The notes: a model not told the origin generated them from the sequence alone. Shown: positions 1 through 10,650, counted from the stretch's first letter. The stretch: 64,000 nucleotides of DNA from an uncultured bacterium (GCA_964010765.1 CAXGMD010000001.1:14988-78987); one strand, 5' to 3'. A program made the numbers and translations.

Positions 1-1558
1 CTGATAGAGATCCGAACCAAAATGCTCTTCAGTATATTCAGTACGGAATCCTCTGCCATGCTCCGCCCACATCACACCACCGTATTTGCGGACTAATTGA
101 CAGACACCATCTGAAATTTTACGAACAATTTCTTCGTCTTCGGTCGTCTTTAGGTCCAGCGCAGGCCTAACATGTAAACAGCCCACATCCACGTGACCGA
201 ACATGGCGTATTCAAGCCCAAAGCTTTCAAGCAAGTCACGAAATTCTCGAATGTAAGCAGCCAAGTTTTCTGGAGGGACCGCAGTATCTTCAACAAAAGG
301 AATGGGCTTGCGTCGTCCTTTAGCATTTCCCAGAAGGCCCACCCCCTTTTTTCTTAGATTCCAAAGGTCTTTGATTTCTTCTGGAATTTCAGTTCGATAA
401 AACCCTGTAGCTTCCCCAGATATCTCTTTTCTTTCGTCGATTATTTGCGCAAGTTGATCAACTTTTGCGCTTACTTCTGATTTTTCATTGCCTGAGAATT
501 CAACCAAGTTGATTGTACGGGTTGGGCGATGTCCTTCATCGGCCACAAAATCTTTAACCTTATGGTAAATCTCATCCTCCCGGGCAAGGCCCAAGATTTT
601 TTCGTCAACGGTTTCAATTGCTGTTGGATCAGATTGGACGAGGATTCCTGCGGCTCGCAATGCATCGTCAAAGCTCTCGTACTTGACAACAATTAATTCC
701 TGAAAGGCAGGTAGAGGTGTTAATTTTAGCTTAGCCTCATGGACAAGAACCAAAGTCCCCTCGGATCCAGCAAGCAAATAATTTAGATTAAAGACAGACC
801 GTTGATCATTGCTGTAGACTCTAGCCAGATTGTAGCCGGTCATGAACCGGCTCATCTTGGGGAAAATCTCTTTGATCAGTTCGGCTTGTCGACAAACGAT
901 TTCATCCACTACGCGATGAACTTCCCCAGTTCTGCCAGATGCTGCCTTCCAGTCAGCTAACTCTTTTGGGTTAAGAGGCACGGAGTGTAGTTCCTCTCCA
1001 TTAGAGAGAAGACAGGATAGTCCAAGTATGTGATCACTGGTTCGTCCATAGACTCGTGAGCCTTTGCCACAAGCGTCTGTATTGATCATGCCTCCCAGGG
1101 TCGCTCGGCTACTGGGAGAAAGATTTGGTGCGAAGAAAACTCCATGAGGCCGAAGAAAATCGTTCAACTGATCTAGTACAACTCCAGGGCCCACTTTGAC
1201 CCATCCCTGCTCTAGGTTCAATTCCCTGATATCGTTCATGTGGCGGGAACAATCTATGATGATCCCATCAGTAAGTGACTGCCCATTGGTCCCTGTTCCT
1301 CCCCCTCGAGGAGCAAAGCGGATATCCCGATATTTCTCATGTGTGGCTAGTTTTAGCAGAATCTTAAGATCTGACTTATGGATCGGAAAGACTGCTGCCT
1401 GGGGTAGGATCTGGTAGATACTATTGTCAGTGGACTGAACCAAGCGGGTGCCGTAATCTGAACGAATCTCTCCTTGAAACCCTTGTTGGCCAAGAGTTTC
1501 CAGGAAAGCTAGATAACGACCTTGTGCTGGTTCTACCTGTGAAAGGCGAGGAATCATG
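1..1558 (-). CDS. FAD-linked oxidase (GlcD / D-lactate dehydrogenase family), C-terminal part beyond window edge
   Basis: Minus-strand frame is open from ATG at 1558-1556 to the window start. Translation MIPRLSQVEPAQGRYLAF...APRGGGTGTNGQSL... is typical of the FAD-binding PCMH-type oxidase family. Absent from the ORF track because no stop lies inside the window. Confidence 0.7.
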
Positions 1559-1587
1559 GTTAGGGCAGAAAATCTGATAAAGTGAGT

Positions 1588-2139
1588 TCAGTCGTCGATG
1601 GAAACCAACTCTACATCGAAGATCAAAGTGGAGTGAGGGGGAATTAGATCACCGGCTCCATTGGCTCCATATCCTAGATTGGATGGGATTACTAACTGCC
1701 ATTTAGAACCGACGCTCATCAACTGCAAAGCCTCAGTCCAACCTGGAATTACGCGGTTTACAGGTATGTTGAGTGGCTCACCACGGGCGTAGGAACTGTC
1801 AAATACTTGACCGTTTACCAGTCGGCCAATGTAATTAACCACGACCCTGTCCTGTGATTGGGGCTGGGCTCCGGTGCCCTTTTCAATAATCTGGTATTGT
1901 AGGCCGCTGGTAGTAACGGTGGTCTCGGATTTAGCAGCATTCTCTTTCAGATAGGCCTGACCTTCATCAATAACGGCTTGAGCAGCTGCGGCTCGAGCTT
2001 GCTTTTCTTCTTCGCTGGGAAACATATCGCTAAAAATATAGTTGAAAACCAAAAAACCACCCAAGCCCATCATCAGGAGTGCAGTTACTAAGCTATACTT
2101 TTTCTTGGGAGGTTCCGTAACTTCTTTTGTTTCGGTCAT
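1588..2139 (-). CDS. FKBP-type peptidyl-prolyl cis-trans isomerase, membrane-anchored/periplasmic
   Basis: C-terminal FKBP domain (GQVFDSSYARGEPL...IPGWTEALQLM...IPPHSTLIFDVELVSI) with an N-terminal hydrophobic segment. Confidence 0.9.
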   Translation of the reverse strand: MTETKEVTEPPKKKYSLVTALLMMGLGGFLVFNYIFSDMFPSEEEKQARAAAAQAVIDEGQAYLKENAAKSETTVTTSGLQYQIIEKGTGAQPQSQDRVVVNYIGRLVNGQVFDSSYARGEPLNIPVNRVIPGWTEALQLMSVGSKWQLVIPSNLGYGANGAGDLIPPHSTLIFDVELVSIDD

Positions 2140-2163
2140 GGTTTGGTTAAGGTGGAACGGAAA

Positions 2164-3408
2164 TTACAGGTCACTTAAGAGAGCAGTGGCTGCACGACGA
2201 CCTGATCGCATAGCACCCTGCAGGGATGAATGTTCACGGTGATCTCCGCAGATGAATAACCGTTCATTGACTTTGACGGTTTTTTCAGGGAATTGCAACG
2301 CAGGGGGTCTTTGTTGAGGAAGGGCTTGAGGTAGATGGTAGCAGCGGATCAGGCGCCAGTTTTCAGAGGTTTTTCCGAACCAATCCAACAACTGATCACG
2401 AACTGATTTCTCCAATTCCTCCTGATTTTCATAGGGCTCTAGGACGGAAACAGATACTAATTCCTTGCCGTCTGGCGCATAACTTCTGCTCACGCGGCTG
2501 TTGACCACCAAGTGATTAATTGGGCCGGCTCCATCTCCATTAAGCATTAGAATCGGATGTTCCGTGTGGGGAACTTCATTGGCCTCAAAATATAGACAGT
2601 ATGTCGATTGAAATTCTGGAGGGCTTGTCCGGCCCTGCAGCCTATATGCATCAGCAGCAGCAGAAGCAATCACTACAGCAGAACCTTCGACGACCTTCCC
2701 GCTTTCAAGAGTTATGCTTTGGTCTTCGATTTTTTGAACAGGGCTCTCCAATTCAATCGTATCTTTAGGTAGGTCCCTACCCAACTGATCTGGGATGGAT
2801 TGCATGCCCTGAGCAGGAAGAGTTACCCGTCCGGATGCAAAAGTTTTATAGGTGAATTCAAGCATCCGACTAGATGTTTCTAGCTTCGAATCCAAAAATA
2901 CACCGGCAAAAAAAGGCCTCAGGAAGGCCTCAATGAATTTTTTTGAGAATCCAGCTTTTTCAAGGTATTCCCGCGTTTGAATTTCTGGCTTTGAAAAGAT
3001 CTCATGCAAACTCATCGATGAAAGCTGGCTGCGCCAACGCATCAACTGTAGACCATCACCAATTGAACTGAGATTAGATCGGAGGGTCCATGGAAGATGA
3101 TGAGGCTTTCTAAAAGGATCAGCCATTAGATGAAAGTCACTGCACCATCGTACCAGAGCTCCCGGGTAGAAAGCCTTCAGTTGGAGCCCTCGGTACCTCA
3201 GCATTCTGCGAGCTTCAGAATATTCAGTCAGGAAGACTTGGAAGCCACGGTCCAACAAAAAACCATCCACTTTATCGGTTCGGACGCGTCCTCCAATTCC
3301 ATCAGAAGCCTCAAATATTCGAACCTTCCGGCCAGCTTGGTGCAAATGGATCGCACAGCAAAGGCCCGCAACACCAGCGCCTACAATCAGGACGGGTTGT
3401 TCTTCCAT
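2164..3408 (-). CDS. FAD/NAD(P)-dependent oxidoreductase (amine oxidase / protoporphyrinogen-oxidase-like fold)
   Basis: N-terminal Rossmann motif VLIVGAGVAGLCCA...FEASDGIGGRVRT; overall size and pattern match flavin amine-oxidase/HemY-like enzymes. Confidence 0.7.
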   Translation of the reverse strand: MEEQPVLIVGAGVAGLCCAIHLHQAGRKVRIFEASDGIGGRVRTDKVDGFLLDRGFQVFLTEYSEARRMLRYRGLQLKAFYPGALVRWCSDFHLMADPFRKPHHLPWTLRSNLSSIGDGLQLMRWRSQLSSMSLHEIFSKPEIQTREYLEKAGFSKKFIEAFLRPFFAGVFLDSKLETSSRMLEFTYKTFASGRVTLPAQGMQSIPDQLGRDLPKDTIELESPVQKIEDQSITLESGKVVEGSAVVIASAAADAYRLQGRTSPPEFQSTYCLYFEANEVPHTEHPILMLNGDGAGPINHLVVNSRVSRSYAPDGKELVSVSVLEPYENQEELEKSVRDQLLDWFGKTSENWRLIRCYHLPQALPQQRPPALQFPEKTVKVNERLFICGDHREHSSLQGAMRSGRRAATALLSDL

Positions 3409-3516
3409 GGATGCAAACTTTGAAAAAATTAGATTTGGAAAAACAGATAAAATTAACGAAAATCAGCACTCTTGCAAGCGGTTTCCCTGAAGAGGTATTC
3501 TGTCAACGAGATCTGA

Positions 3517-4524
3517 TTATTCTGAATCACCAGAATGCCATTTAGGACATAACTTGCGAAAATTACACTGAGCACACTGGGTGGTGTCCTCCGTAAAGTT
3601 GAAATTACTTTCTTCAGCGTGATTTTGTTCTGGTCTACTCAGTAAGTTTTGCATTTGCTGAATGGACTCTTTGACATAGTTTTGGACACCTTCGAGGTCT
3701 AGAGATTTACTGTCGTATTCCCTAGTTTTTCCAGTTGCGAGAAAGACTTCCTTTAAAAGGATTTGGTCGGGTTTGATTCCCCATTTCTCTGATGCGTACA
3801 TCGCATAAATACCCATCTGAAGTGAATGGTCTGCTTCATCCGATTTGCCAGTTTTCCAATCCAGTAGAATGATTTGATCATCCCTACGATAGCAGGCATC
3901 AAGGGAAACCCAAATTTTGCATCCATCGATTTGAAAAGAGTTCAACTCCTCTAGTTCTAACCATTCGGACGAGTCTAGATTTTTCAATTGATTGAGCAGG
4001 GGAAGGTGATAGAAGTTTTCCACACAAGTTTGAGCTTGAGTGGCTAAGGCACGCCACTCCTCATCATTGACGGGCAGTTGGTATTCGTGTTCAACCAACC
4101 CCATAAATCGCTTGGGCCGAAGCCGATACTTTGCATCTCTTGAGTCTCTATAATCCTGGCGCAACCGATTTTGGAGACTTTCAGCGACACTCTGATAGGT
4201 TGGGAGTGATTTTGATTTCCTTAGGTGATTTAGGAGGTCCTCAAGAACTTTGTGAACCTTGACACCGATCCAGGCAAATCGATTATGAAGCTGTTTTAGG
4301 ACATAGATTTCTCTGGTTCTGGGATCAGACTGCCAGTCCCAACCCCCCCAAGAACCATAATAATGAAACCAGTAGCGCCTAGGGCAACTTTGAAGTGTCT
4401 CATTTCGACTCTTCGACCAACTGAATTCATTGCGCAATAATCCCATGGCTGTAGCATTTTTTGGAAGGGAGGATTTTAGATTTGAAATGTACTTTGCACA
4501 TCCTGAAGAGGACTCAACTCTCAA
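3517..4524 (-). CDS. PD-(D/E)XK nuclease, RecB/AddB/Cas4-like with predicted 4Fe-4S cysteine cluster
   Basis: RecB-nuclease motifs VSLDAC (motif II), ILLDWKTGK (motif III D-x-K) and LQMGIYAMY (QxxxY), plus C-terminal C-x2-C-x5-C (CAQCNFRKLCP) and an N-terminal Cys as in Cas4/AddB iron-sulfur nucleases. No cas genes nearby. Confidence 0.75.
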   Translation of the reverse strand: MRVESSSGCAKYISNLKSSLPKNATAMGLLRNEFSWSKSRNETLQSCPRRYWFHYYGSWGGWDWQSDPRTREIYVLKQLHNRFAWIGVKVHKVLEDLLNHLRKSKSLPTYQSVAESLQNRLRQDYRDSRDAKYRLRPKRFMGLVEHEYQLPVNDEEWRALATQAQTCVENFYHLPLLNQLKNLDSSEWLELEELNSFQIDGCKIWVSLDACYRRDDQIILLDWKTGKSDEADHSLQMGIYAMYASEKWGIKPDQILLKEVFLATGKTREYDSKSLDLEGVQNYVKESIQQMQNLLSRPEQNHAEESNFNFTEDTTQCAQCNFRKLCPKWHSGDSE

Positions 4525-4593
4525 TCTTCTCCAAACAGTCTGACGAACCCTGGGCCGAGTCGCAAGGGTTGGCCTCCATCAAGTAAGTTCATC

Positions 4594-4971
4594 ATGAGGG
4601 AATTATATCTTATTCGAAGTAGTAAGACTGAGGAGTGGGAGAATGGCGTACGCAAAGTGAGCTTTGCGTGTGATGATCCAGATATCCATGCATTTGTCTG
4701 GCTCGATCTACGAGAGCGCTTAAGCGGAATTCAAATCATCTTTCGTGAGAAAGTTCTTGAATGGGATAAATCTTCGGGAGTCAGTCGTGGCGATACTAAT
4801 CGTGAAGCTGATGAGGAGGTTCATGGTTATCAGAAGGGTGCTAGATCAATTCACAATCAAGTGCATAGCATTGATCAATCAGACTTGGCACTTTTGAAAA
4901 CTTTACTGTTCCCAGGGGAATGGGATTCTTTAATAAAGAGTTGCTTCAATGTTTTGGAAAAGGGGAATTAG
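4594..4971 (+). CDS. hypothetical protein (125 aa)
   Basis: ORF with no recognisable motifs; first gene of a plus-strand cluster ending in mfd. Confidence 0.4.
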   Translation: MRELYLIRSSKTEEWENGVRKVSFACDDPDIHAFVWLDLRERLSGIQIIFREKVLEWDKSSGVSRGDTNREADEEVHGYQKGARSIHNQVHSIDQSDLALLKTLLFPGEWDSLIKSCFNVLEKGN

Positions 4972-5359
4972 TCTTTGCCTACTCCTGCTTCCCATGACTA
5001 ATATCTTGAAGGCAGATTTCTTCAAATGGGATGTGGTAGTCTATGCGGAAGGTTATGGGTTATCGCATGAAGTCTTTGCCGTTCGGGAAGCGGGCACAAT
5101 CTGGGAACAGGGTGACTGGATTTGTGAAATAAGTGATTTCTGGACTACGATCACAAGTGAACTACTACTGGAAGGGAAGACCTTGAAGTGCCAACAGGGC
5201 GAGACAGAGCGTTTCGTAACCGTCACTTGTGATTTAAATAACAGGGGTCGCCAACACAACTCCTTCAAAGAACAATTCTCCCTTACGAATGCTGGATTCC
5301 ATTTAGAACCTGAAGATAGAATCAATTCTGCCTATATCCGTCTTCGCTGCTACTACTAA
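4949..5359 (+). CDS. hypothetical secreted protein (signal peptide)
   Basis: N-terminal hydrophobic signal-like segment ISLCLLLLPMTNILKA; overlaps the preceding ORF by 23 nt in a different frame. Confidence 0.45.
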   Translation: MFWKRGISLCLLLLPMTNILKADFFKWDVVVYAEGYGLSHEVFAVREAGTIWEQGDWICEISDFWTTITSELLLEGKTLKCQQGETERFVTVTCDLNNRGRQHNSFKEQFSLTNAGFHLEPEDRINSAYIRLRCYY

Positions 5360-5378
5360 TTACTATCCTAGTTCCCGA

Positions 5379-6182
5379 GTGATCGCACAGATTTTGTCCT
5401 TCCTTTCGCTTCAGTTATTTAAGAGTGCAACAGTCCGTGAACTCTGGTCAAAAAACCATAGGGAGATCGAGTTCAATAGTGGGCCCTGGACACCCCTAAA
5501 AAAGCCGATTGAGGAATCTCAGATATGCTTGATTACTTCGGGGGGGCTTCATCTAGACACAGATCCCCCTTTTGATATGGGTGATCCCAACGGGGATTCC
5601 ACTTTCCGCACTATTCCTCTAGATTCTGATTCCAATAAATGGCAGATCACACACAATTACTACGATCATGCGGATGCTGAAAGAGATTGGAACCTTATTT
5701 TCCCTTTGGAGCGACTTCGTGAATTAAGAAATTTCGGAAAAATTGGTTCTCTGTCCAGCAGCCACTTCTCTTTGATGGGACACATCACAGGTCCTCACCT
5801 ACCAACATTACTTCATCAAACTGCAAAAGAGTTGGCAGATCGTTTACGAGATGAATACACAGATTTGGCGCTTCTTGTACCAGCTTGAGGACTGTGTAAC
5901 CAGACGGTCGGTCTGGTACAAAGAAATCTTGAGGCAGCAGGGATCTCAACCATTAGCATAACGATTATGCGAAGTATCACGGAACGACTATTCCTCCCAA
6001 GATCCTATCACCTGCGTTATCCCTTTGGTCACGCGCTTGGGGAAGTTGGAAATCGAAGCCAACAATTGCAGATTCTGATGGATTGCCTGAACCTTCTAGA
6101 AAACGCTGAAAAACCTGGGACCATCATGGATGCTCCTTACCTTTGGAAACGCCATCAATTTGAGGAACTTTTTCCTGCATGA
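5379..6182 (+). CDS. Glycine/sarcosine/betaine/D-proline reductase selenoprotein B (GrdB/PrdB) family protein; candidate selenoprotein with in-frame UGA at 5886-5888
   Basis: ORFs 5379-5888 and 5967-6182 share one frame and are separated only by TGA, with no other stop between them. Read-through gives ...LALLVPA-U-GLCNQTVGLVQRNLEAAGISTISI, a U-x-x-C motif followed by a G..AGI.T..I stretch as I recall for PrdB/GrdB. The upstream PLERLRELRNFG segment also resembles PrdB. GTG start. Stop overlaps the mfd ATG (ATGA). Confidence 0.6.
5899..5917 (+). promoter_or_regulatory. SECIS-like stem-loop (ACCAGAC-GGUCG-GUCUGGU) beginning 13 nt after the in-frame UGA
   Basis: Perfect 7-bp stem with a 5-nt GU-containing apical loop, and a possible extended stem with a bulged A. 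The distance from the UGA matches bacterial SECIS geometry. Confidence 0.5.
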
Positions 6183-9100
6183 ATTCTTCTCCGCAAAAAG
6201 CAGTTCGACAGTTGATCCGTGAAAGTCGATGCACCAATTGGTATGGCCTTCGTGGCACCTCCAAGACCATGTTGCTGTCTGAGGTAATCCGCCAACTATC
6301 CTCAATGATGGTAATCATCACTGAGTCTTATGAGAAAGCCGAACAACTTCAGGAGGATCTAGAGTGGTTTCTGGGCCAGGAAGGTATTCGACTCTTTCCT
6401 CAGTGGGATACTCTGCCTTATGACAATTTTTCACCACATGGAGAACTTGTTGGGAGAAGGCTATCGACTCTTGAGGCACTATTATCTGGTGAAGTTCGTT
6501 GTTTGATCACAACGCCTCAGGCACTCATGCAGAAGCTGATGCCTAGAGAAGAGTTCATTCAAGCTAGGCAACTGCTGGAAGTTGGTGACCTGATCTCAAT
6601 CGAGAGTCTTCTGCGCAATCTGCCGGAGTTGGGATATGTTCAGGTGGATCGGGTAGAAGAAACAGGAGAATTTAGTACTCATGGAGAGGTGATCGATCTC
6701 TTCTTAGCTGAATTTGAAAAGCCTCTGCGGCTTGGTTGGAGACAGGATCGCCTTTACACGATTCAACATTTTCAGATTGATACTCAGCTCACAGATACGG
6801 CTGAGCTAGAGTCTGTGAACATTCTACCGGTGAAGGAGGTCCTTTACAGTGAGAAGCACCGGCAGTTTGCTCGACAACAATTAACCAAGTACCGCGATCA
6901 AGTTGCAGAGAGCCTACGGCAACACATGCGCAAACGACTGCAGGATGCGGAGTTCTTTCCCGGCATGGAATCGTTGATTCCTTTATTCTATGAAGGCTTA
7001 GATACCTTATTAGACTACCTGCCGAAAGATGCTTATATCGTTTTGGACGAAGCATCCAAAACCGCTGAGCGAGCGAAAAACTTCTATGATGAAGTGTTCA
7101 TGGAATATGAGATGAGCGTGCAGCAGGGCAATCTGACTGTACCTCCAGAGGAAATGTATCTGGATCATCGACAGTTTCAGGCAGAGATGGAGCGGCGTGT
7201 TCGATTACGGTGTTTTCAGCAGCGTAAGAATGAAGATGATGAGTCTTTTGTTGGCCCATCAACTTTGTTTAACACGATTGATAATCGAGGTCTGAGGCAA
7301 GGCTTTGAAAAAGCTGGTGCTGTGTCTGCAGTGGGTCATGTAATCAATTTACTCCAGGAGTGGCGTTCTCAGGGTGCTCCGATTTTCTTGAATGCCAAAA
7401 CCCAAACAACTGCAGATCATTTCCGTCAACTCCTTGGTGATCTGGGAATTGAAGCTACAGTGCCCAACGGGGAGCTGAATTCAACGACTTTCCCGTGGCT
7501 TCAGTGGATAGAGTCAAACAATGAACAAGTAAATCATCGGGGTGCGTTACCAATATTTGTTGGGCCCCTTTCAGGAGGATTTCGCTGGATAGATGGGTCT
7601 GGTCAACCGGCCTTTGCCTTGTTAACGGAAGAGGAGATCTTTGGTGAAAAGAATCGGCGGAGACGTTTAAATCGAGCCCAGATTCAAGCAGTCGGTAATT
7701 CTCTGGAGGATCTGAATGAGGGGGATCATGTAGTACATCTAGATTATGGGATTGGACGGTATATGGGTTTGACCAAGATCCCAGTAGGTACATCTGATTC
7801 TGATTTTATGGTCTTGGAATATGCTCGAAATGAGAAAGTGTATGTTCCCGTGCAGAAATTTCATCTGGTTCAGAAGTACGTCAATGCAGATGGACAGTCG
7901 CCTAAACTAAACAAGCTTGGGGACAAAGCATGGACAAAGACACGCAGCAAGGTCGCAAAAGCTGTAGAAGATATTGCAGAGGAATTAACTGAAATCTACG
8001 CTGCTCGTAAGGCTAGAAAGGGGTTCTCTTTTCCAAAAGATGACTCTGAAATGCAAGAATTTGAATTGAGCTTCCCCTATGAAGAAACTCCTGATCAGAA
8101 TGAAGTCATTGGACATGTGAAGTCGGATATGGAATCCGAAATGCCAATGGATCGTCTGATCTGTGGAGATGTTGGATTTGGCAAGACCGAAGTTGCAATG
8201 AGGGCTGCTTTCAAGGCGGTTTCTGCTGGAAAACAAGTGGCCATATTAGTGCCGACCACAATTTTAGCCCAACAACATCATGTCTCGTTCTCAAAAAGAT
8301 TCGAATCTTCGGCTGCTAAAGTTGAGGTGATCAGTCGATTTAGAAGCCTTGGTGAACAGAAAGAGGTACTTCGGGGTCTTCGTGACGGGACGGTAGATAT
8401 TTTAATTGGCACCCATCGACTACTTTCAAAGGATGTTGAGTTCAAAGATTTAGGATTGTTGGTTGTGGATGAAGAACAACGTTTTGGGGTTAAGCACAAG
8501 GAAAGGATCAAGCAGTTTAGGGCTGAAGTGGATGTGCTGACCATGTCTGCAACACCGATCCCCAGAACGCTGCATATGTCTCTGACAGGTATCAGAGATC
8601 TGAGTATCATCAATACGGCTCCAGCTGACCGAATGGCCGTTCGGACCAGACTGCTGAAATCCAACGACTATATTATTCAGGAAGCAGTCAGCAGAGAGAT
8701 TCGAAGAGGTGGCCAGATTTATGTTGTCCATAATCGAGTAGAGTCAATCTTTCAGTATGGGAATTACTTAAAGGATATCCTACCGAATGTTCGTATTGGT
8801 GTTGGTCATGGACAAATGGGAGAGAGTCAGCTGGAACGCTTGATGCTCGACTTTATGGACGGGCAGTACGACGTATTGGTTGCTACGACAATCATTGAGT
8901 CGGGTCTTGATATTCCAAGAGCCAATACAATCATCATCAATAATGCGGATCAATTTGGGCTGTCCCAACTTTATCAGCTCCGTGGAAGAGTAGGGCGGAG
9001 TAATGTACAGGCTTATGCATATCTACTTGTTCCGCAGGAGAAAATACTATCCAACGTAGCTCAAGAGAGATTGAAGGTTCTACAGGAACTCAATGATTTG

Positions 9101-9721
9101 GGAGCTGGTTTCAAAGTGGCTTCGAGAGATTTGGAACTAAGGGGTGCAGGGAATTTACTTGGATCGGAACAATCTGGCCACATAGCTAGCGTTGGGCTTG
9201 AACTTTACACGCAGATGATTGATCGGGCGGTGAGAAGAATTGAGCAAGCAGCCCTCGTTTCGCTTGAGGAAATGAAGGTGCAGATTGGCTTTTTGGAGGA
9301 AAAAATTCCTGAAAGCTATATTAAAAGCACTAGTCAGCGACTGGCACTCTATAAACATTTGTCTTCAATTCAGGAGATTGATCAATTGTGGGAACTTAGG
9401 GCAGGCATTGAAAACCGCTTTGGGACTATTCCTGAATCGGTTATCAATCTATTCAAGGAAGCGCAAGTACGCTGTTGGGGGCAGCGTTTTGGAGTACCAG
9501 GAATTGAGTTCAAGCAAAACAAACTCAGGTTACAGTTATTACCCACCACAAAAATGAAGCATGATGCCTTGGTAGAATGGCTGAGTGAGCCAAATTCCCC
9601 TCTACGATTTCATCCAGAAACAACTTTAGAAATGTTGCAGGTTCCTCAATCGATGGATGGAATTCTTGCAGGTCTTCAGCAATTCCAAAGGATTTTTCCT
9701 GAAGCAGAAACCCATGTTTGA
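6179..9721 (+). CDS. mfd: Transcription-repair coupling factor Mfd
   Basis: 1180 aa; helicase motifs ICGDVGFGKTEVAMRAAF, VVDEEQRFGV, TATPIPRTL, YQLRGRVGRS; UvrB-homology N-terminus and TRG motif region. Confidence 0.97.
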   Translation: MNSSPQKAVRQLIRESRCTNWYGLRGTSKTMLLSEVIRQLSSMMVIITESYEKAEQLQEDLEWFLGQEGIRLFPQWDTLPYDNFSPHGELVGRRLSTLEALLSGEVRCLITTPQALMQKLMPREEFIQARQLLEVGDLISIESLLRNLPELGYVQVDRVEETGEFSTHGEVIDLFLAEFEKPLRLGWRQDRLYTIQHFQIDTQLTDTAELESVNILPVKEVLYSEKHRQFARQQLTKYRDQVAESLRQHMRKRLQDAEFFPGMESLIPLFYEGLDTLLDYLPKDAYIVLDEASKTAERAKNFYDEVFMEYEMSVQQGNLTVPPEEMYLDHRQFQAEMERRVRLRCFQQRKNEDDESFVGPSTLFNTIDNRGLRQGFEKAGAVSAVGHVINLLQEWRSQGAPIFLNAKTQTTADHFRQLLGDLGIEATVPNGELNSTTFPWLQWIESNNEQVNHRGALPIFVGPLSGGFRWIDGSGQPAFALLTEEEIFGEKNRRRRLNRAQIQAVGNSLEDLNEGDHVVHLDYGIGRYMGLTKIPVGTSDSDFMVLEYARNEKVYVPVQKFHLVQKYVNADGQSPKLNKLGDKAWTKTRSKVAKAVEDIAEELTEIYAARKARKGFSFPKDDSEMQEFELSFPYEETPDQNEVIGHVKSDMESEMPMDRLICGDVGFGKTEVAMRAAFKAVSAGKQVAILVPTTILAQQHHVSFSKRFESSAAKVEVISRFRSLGEQKEVLRGLRDGTVDILIGTHRLLSKDVEFKDLGLLVVDEEQRFGVKHKERIKQFRAEVDVLTMSATPIPRTLHMSLTGIRDLSIINTAPADRMAVRTRLLKSNDYIIQEAVSREIRRGGQIYVVHNRVESIFQYGNYLKDILPNVRIGVGHGQMGESQLERLMLDFMDGQYDVLVATTIIESGLDIPRANTIIINNADQFGLSQLYQLRGRVGRSNVQAYAYLLVPQEKILSNVAQERLKVLQELNDLGAGFKVASRDLELRGAGNLLGSEQSGHIASVGLELYTQMIDRAVRRIEQAALVSLEEMKVQIGFLEEKIPESYIKSTSQRLALYKHLSSIQEIDQLWELRAGIENRFGTIPESVINLFKEAQVRCWGQRFGVPGIEFKQNKLRLQLLPTTKMKHDALVEWLSEPNSPLRFHPETTLEMLQVPQSMDGILAGLQQFQRIFPEAETHV

Positions 9722-10412
9722 TTGGCGGGAGTTATTACTTCGAAACCAGAATCAACCCGCACAAACTGACCGAACTACCCTCAAATTGTTGGAGGAACAA
9801 CTTCTTCATTTGTTACCACCTGTAGTAAATGCTCTGAATGCAACCAATATTTTGCCTCTTCAGCCTATTTGGTCCAAAAACGAGATAGCTCTGAAATTCA
9901 ATATAATATTGGAGGAGGTGGAACAAAGATATCTAGTGGCTTGGGATCATGTCAGAAATGCCCAGATCCAAAAACTTGAAGCCGATTATCAGAATTGGTA
10001 TCAGGCCCAACTCCGTTCAGATAAATCTCTTTTCAGCACTTATTGCCAGTGGCAGGAATTGCTGATTCAGCAGCATGCTCAGGGCTGGTCTTCTTGGATT
10101 ATACTCGGCTTAAAAGGACATCCATTTGTTGCCAGAGAATTGAAGAGGGAGCAATCCTTGACACCAGAGACAGAACTCTTGTTAGCAGAGTTCTTTCGGT
10201 GTGCAAAGCCTCTGCTCCAAATAGACACTGATACTGTTCTGAAGGAGTTTTATAGTTTTCAGGCTGCATTTACTCAGCAGAAACCCTTCCTACCTCGTCT
10301 ATTTCAAGAAATCTCAGATGCATCAGAAAAAGAAATTTTTGAAAAGCTAGGCGACAATGAATTTGTTGAGGTAGCTAGGATTTTTTGGAACGACGTACTT
10401 GTCGGGAAGTAA
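9715..10412 (+). CDS. hypothetical protein, translationally coupled to mfd (ATGTTTGA overlap)
   Basis: ORF track gives 9657 as start, but the ATG at 9715 overlaps the mfd stop, typical of coupling. No recognisable domain. Confidence 0.5.
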
Positions 10413-10650
10413 GAGTTCTTCTTTTGTAGAACAATAAGAAAACATTAATTTTTAATTCTCATAAAATGAGAAAATTATTATTTTATTTAATTTTCGTCTT
10501 TATGGAATTTAGATAAACTTTTGAAATTATGCGATAAATTTAAGTAAAAATGACTGGCAGTTCCCTTGCAAAAAAATAGCATATAAATAATTAATTGCTG
10601 TCTCAGTATTGATTTAGCAATAAATCGTTTTTGCAGATATAAGGGAAAAT

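Noticed and set aside
6789-9358. Minus-strand ORFs inside mfd (6789-7055, 7455-7793, 7985-8236, 8278-8731, 8780-8968, 9155-9358)
   Set aside because: They lie antisense within a strongly supported 1180-aa mfd coding region and have no motifs, so they are spurious
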